In this document: positions 63,395 to 64,000 of the stretch, piece by piece
Layout of the letters: the number at the start of each line of letters is the position of its first letter
Position numbering within the stretch: the stretch's first letter is position 1
IMG/VR virus record: IMGVR_UViG_3300045741_000389
Location: 4,802-68,801 of that record
DNA length: 64,000 bases
Source: a virus
Reading direction: 5' to 3' (one strand)
Made by a program: the position numbers and the translations under genes
The notes under the pieces: generated by a model
Told to the model about the DNA's origin: nothing
Databases searched by the model: none
The model's input: only the letters and a program-made list of their open reading frames with translations

Positions 63395-64000
63395 CCGCCG
63401 CCGCTACCCTCACCTACGACACGCTGGTCAGCGACGTCAAGAGCTACACCGAGCGACCCAACGACGACAAGCTGGCCGACCAGCTACCGCGCCTGATCAT
63501 GCTAGCCGAGAACCGCATCGCCACTGCGCTGCGCATCTTGGGTGTTCGCAAGGTGGGTCAGGGCAACTTCAACGCGGGGGATCCCGTACTGGTCAAGCCG
63601 GCCCTCTGGCGCGTGTCGGAGAGCTTTCGCTACCAGACGGCGGCCGGTGCCTGGCAGGATCTCTACCTGCGCACGTATGAGTACTGCCGGCAGTTCTGGC
63701 CCAACCCCAGCACGAAAACAAGCGCGCCGCGCTACTACGCCGACTACGACTTCGACCACTTCTTCATCGTCGGGACGCCGCTGACCGCACTGGCGTTCGA
63801 GCTTACCTACGTGGCGCGGCTCGAGCCGCTCAGCTCTTCGGCGCAGGCCAACTGGTACACCTCCAACGCGCCGCAGCTGCTGCTGGCGGCCACGCTGCTC
63901 GAAACCGAGATCTGGCTCAAGAATCAGACCCGAGTGGCCCAGCGCCAGCAGGCATACGAGGAAGCACTAGGTTCGTTCAAGTCACAGGACGCTCAGCGCG
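63391..64000 (+). CDS. Tail adaptor/connector protein (partial, runs off window)
   Basis: GTGA-coupled; LTYDTLVSDVKSYTER..LPRLIMLAENRIA..PRYYADYD..NAPQLLL.ATLLE. Confidence 0.7.
   Translation, partial: MTAAATLTYDTLVSDVKSYTERPNDDKLADQLPRLIMLAENRIATALRILGVRKVGQGNFNAGDPVLVKPALWRVSESFRYQTAAGAWQDLYLRTYEYCRQFWPNPSTKTSAPRYYADYDFDHFFIVGTPLTALAFELTYVARLEPLSSSAQANWYTSNAPQLLLAATLLETEIWLKNQTRVAQRQQAYEEALGSFKSQDAQR

Noticed and set aside
1-64000. Prophage or integrative element
   Set aside because: No integrase, repressor, att-like junction or host genes were recognised in the window.

Overview
This GC-rich window holds most of the genome of a tailed dsDNA phage. It is probably a lytic short-tailed phage of a proteobacterial host: no integrase, repressor, tape-measure or tail-tube gene is recognisable. 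The genome has two arms. The + strand (32.5-64 kb, and 1-4.9 kb) carries terminase, portal, GroES-like chaperonin, scaffold, capsid, adaptors, fibres and ejection-type proteins. The - strand (4.9-31.7 kb) carries primase-helicase, early accessory genes, family A DNA polymerase, nucleases, an SNF2 helicase and a complete thymidine hypermodification cluster. That cluster has a dUMP hydroxymethylase, a 5-hmdU DNA kinase, an amino-acid:DNA transferase, an FAD oxidoreductase and a GNAT. The most striking element is a Ro60/TROVE gene preceded by a promoter-driven tandem array of 6-7 different Y RNA-like ncRNAs (23313-24108). They share one Ro-binding stem but carry different cargo. One carries a complete circularly permuted tRNA cloverleaf with an intact Thr(UGU) anticodon arm. 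Other observations are a candidate CCC-UGA +1 frameshift fusing two modification genes, a recurring aromatic-x-x-G-G-x-V tag delimiting modules in putative virion cargo proteins, and a glycosyltransferase/methyltransferase pair beside a 1300-aa Ser/Thr-rich fibre. All product calls come from motif recognition by eye; no database searches were run.
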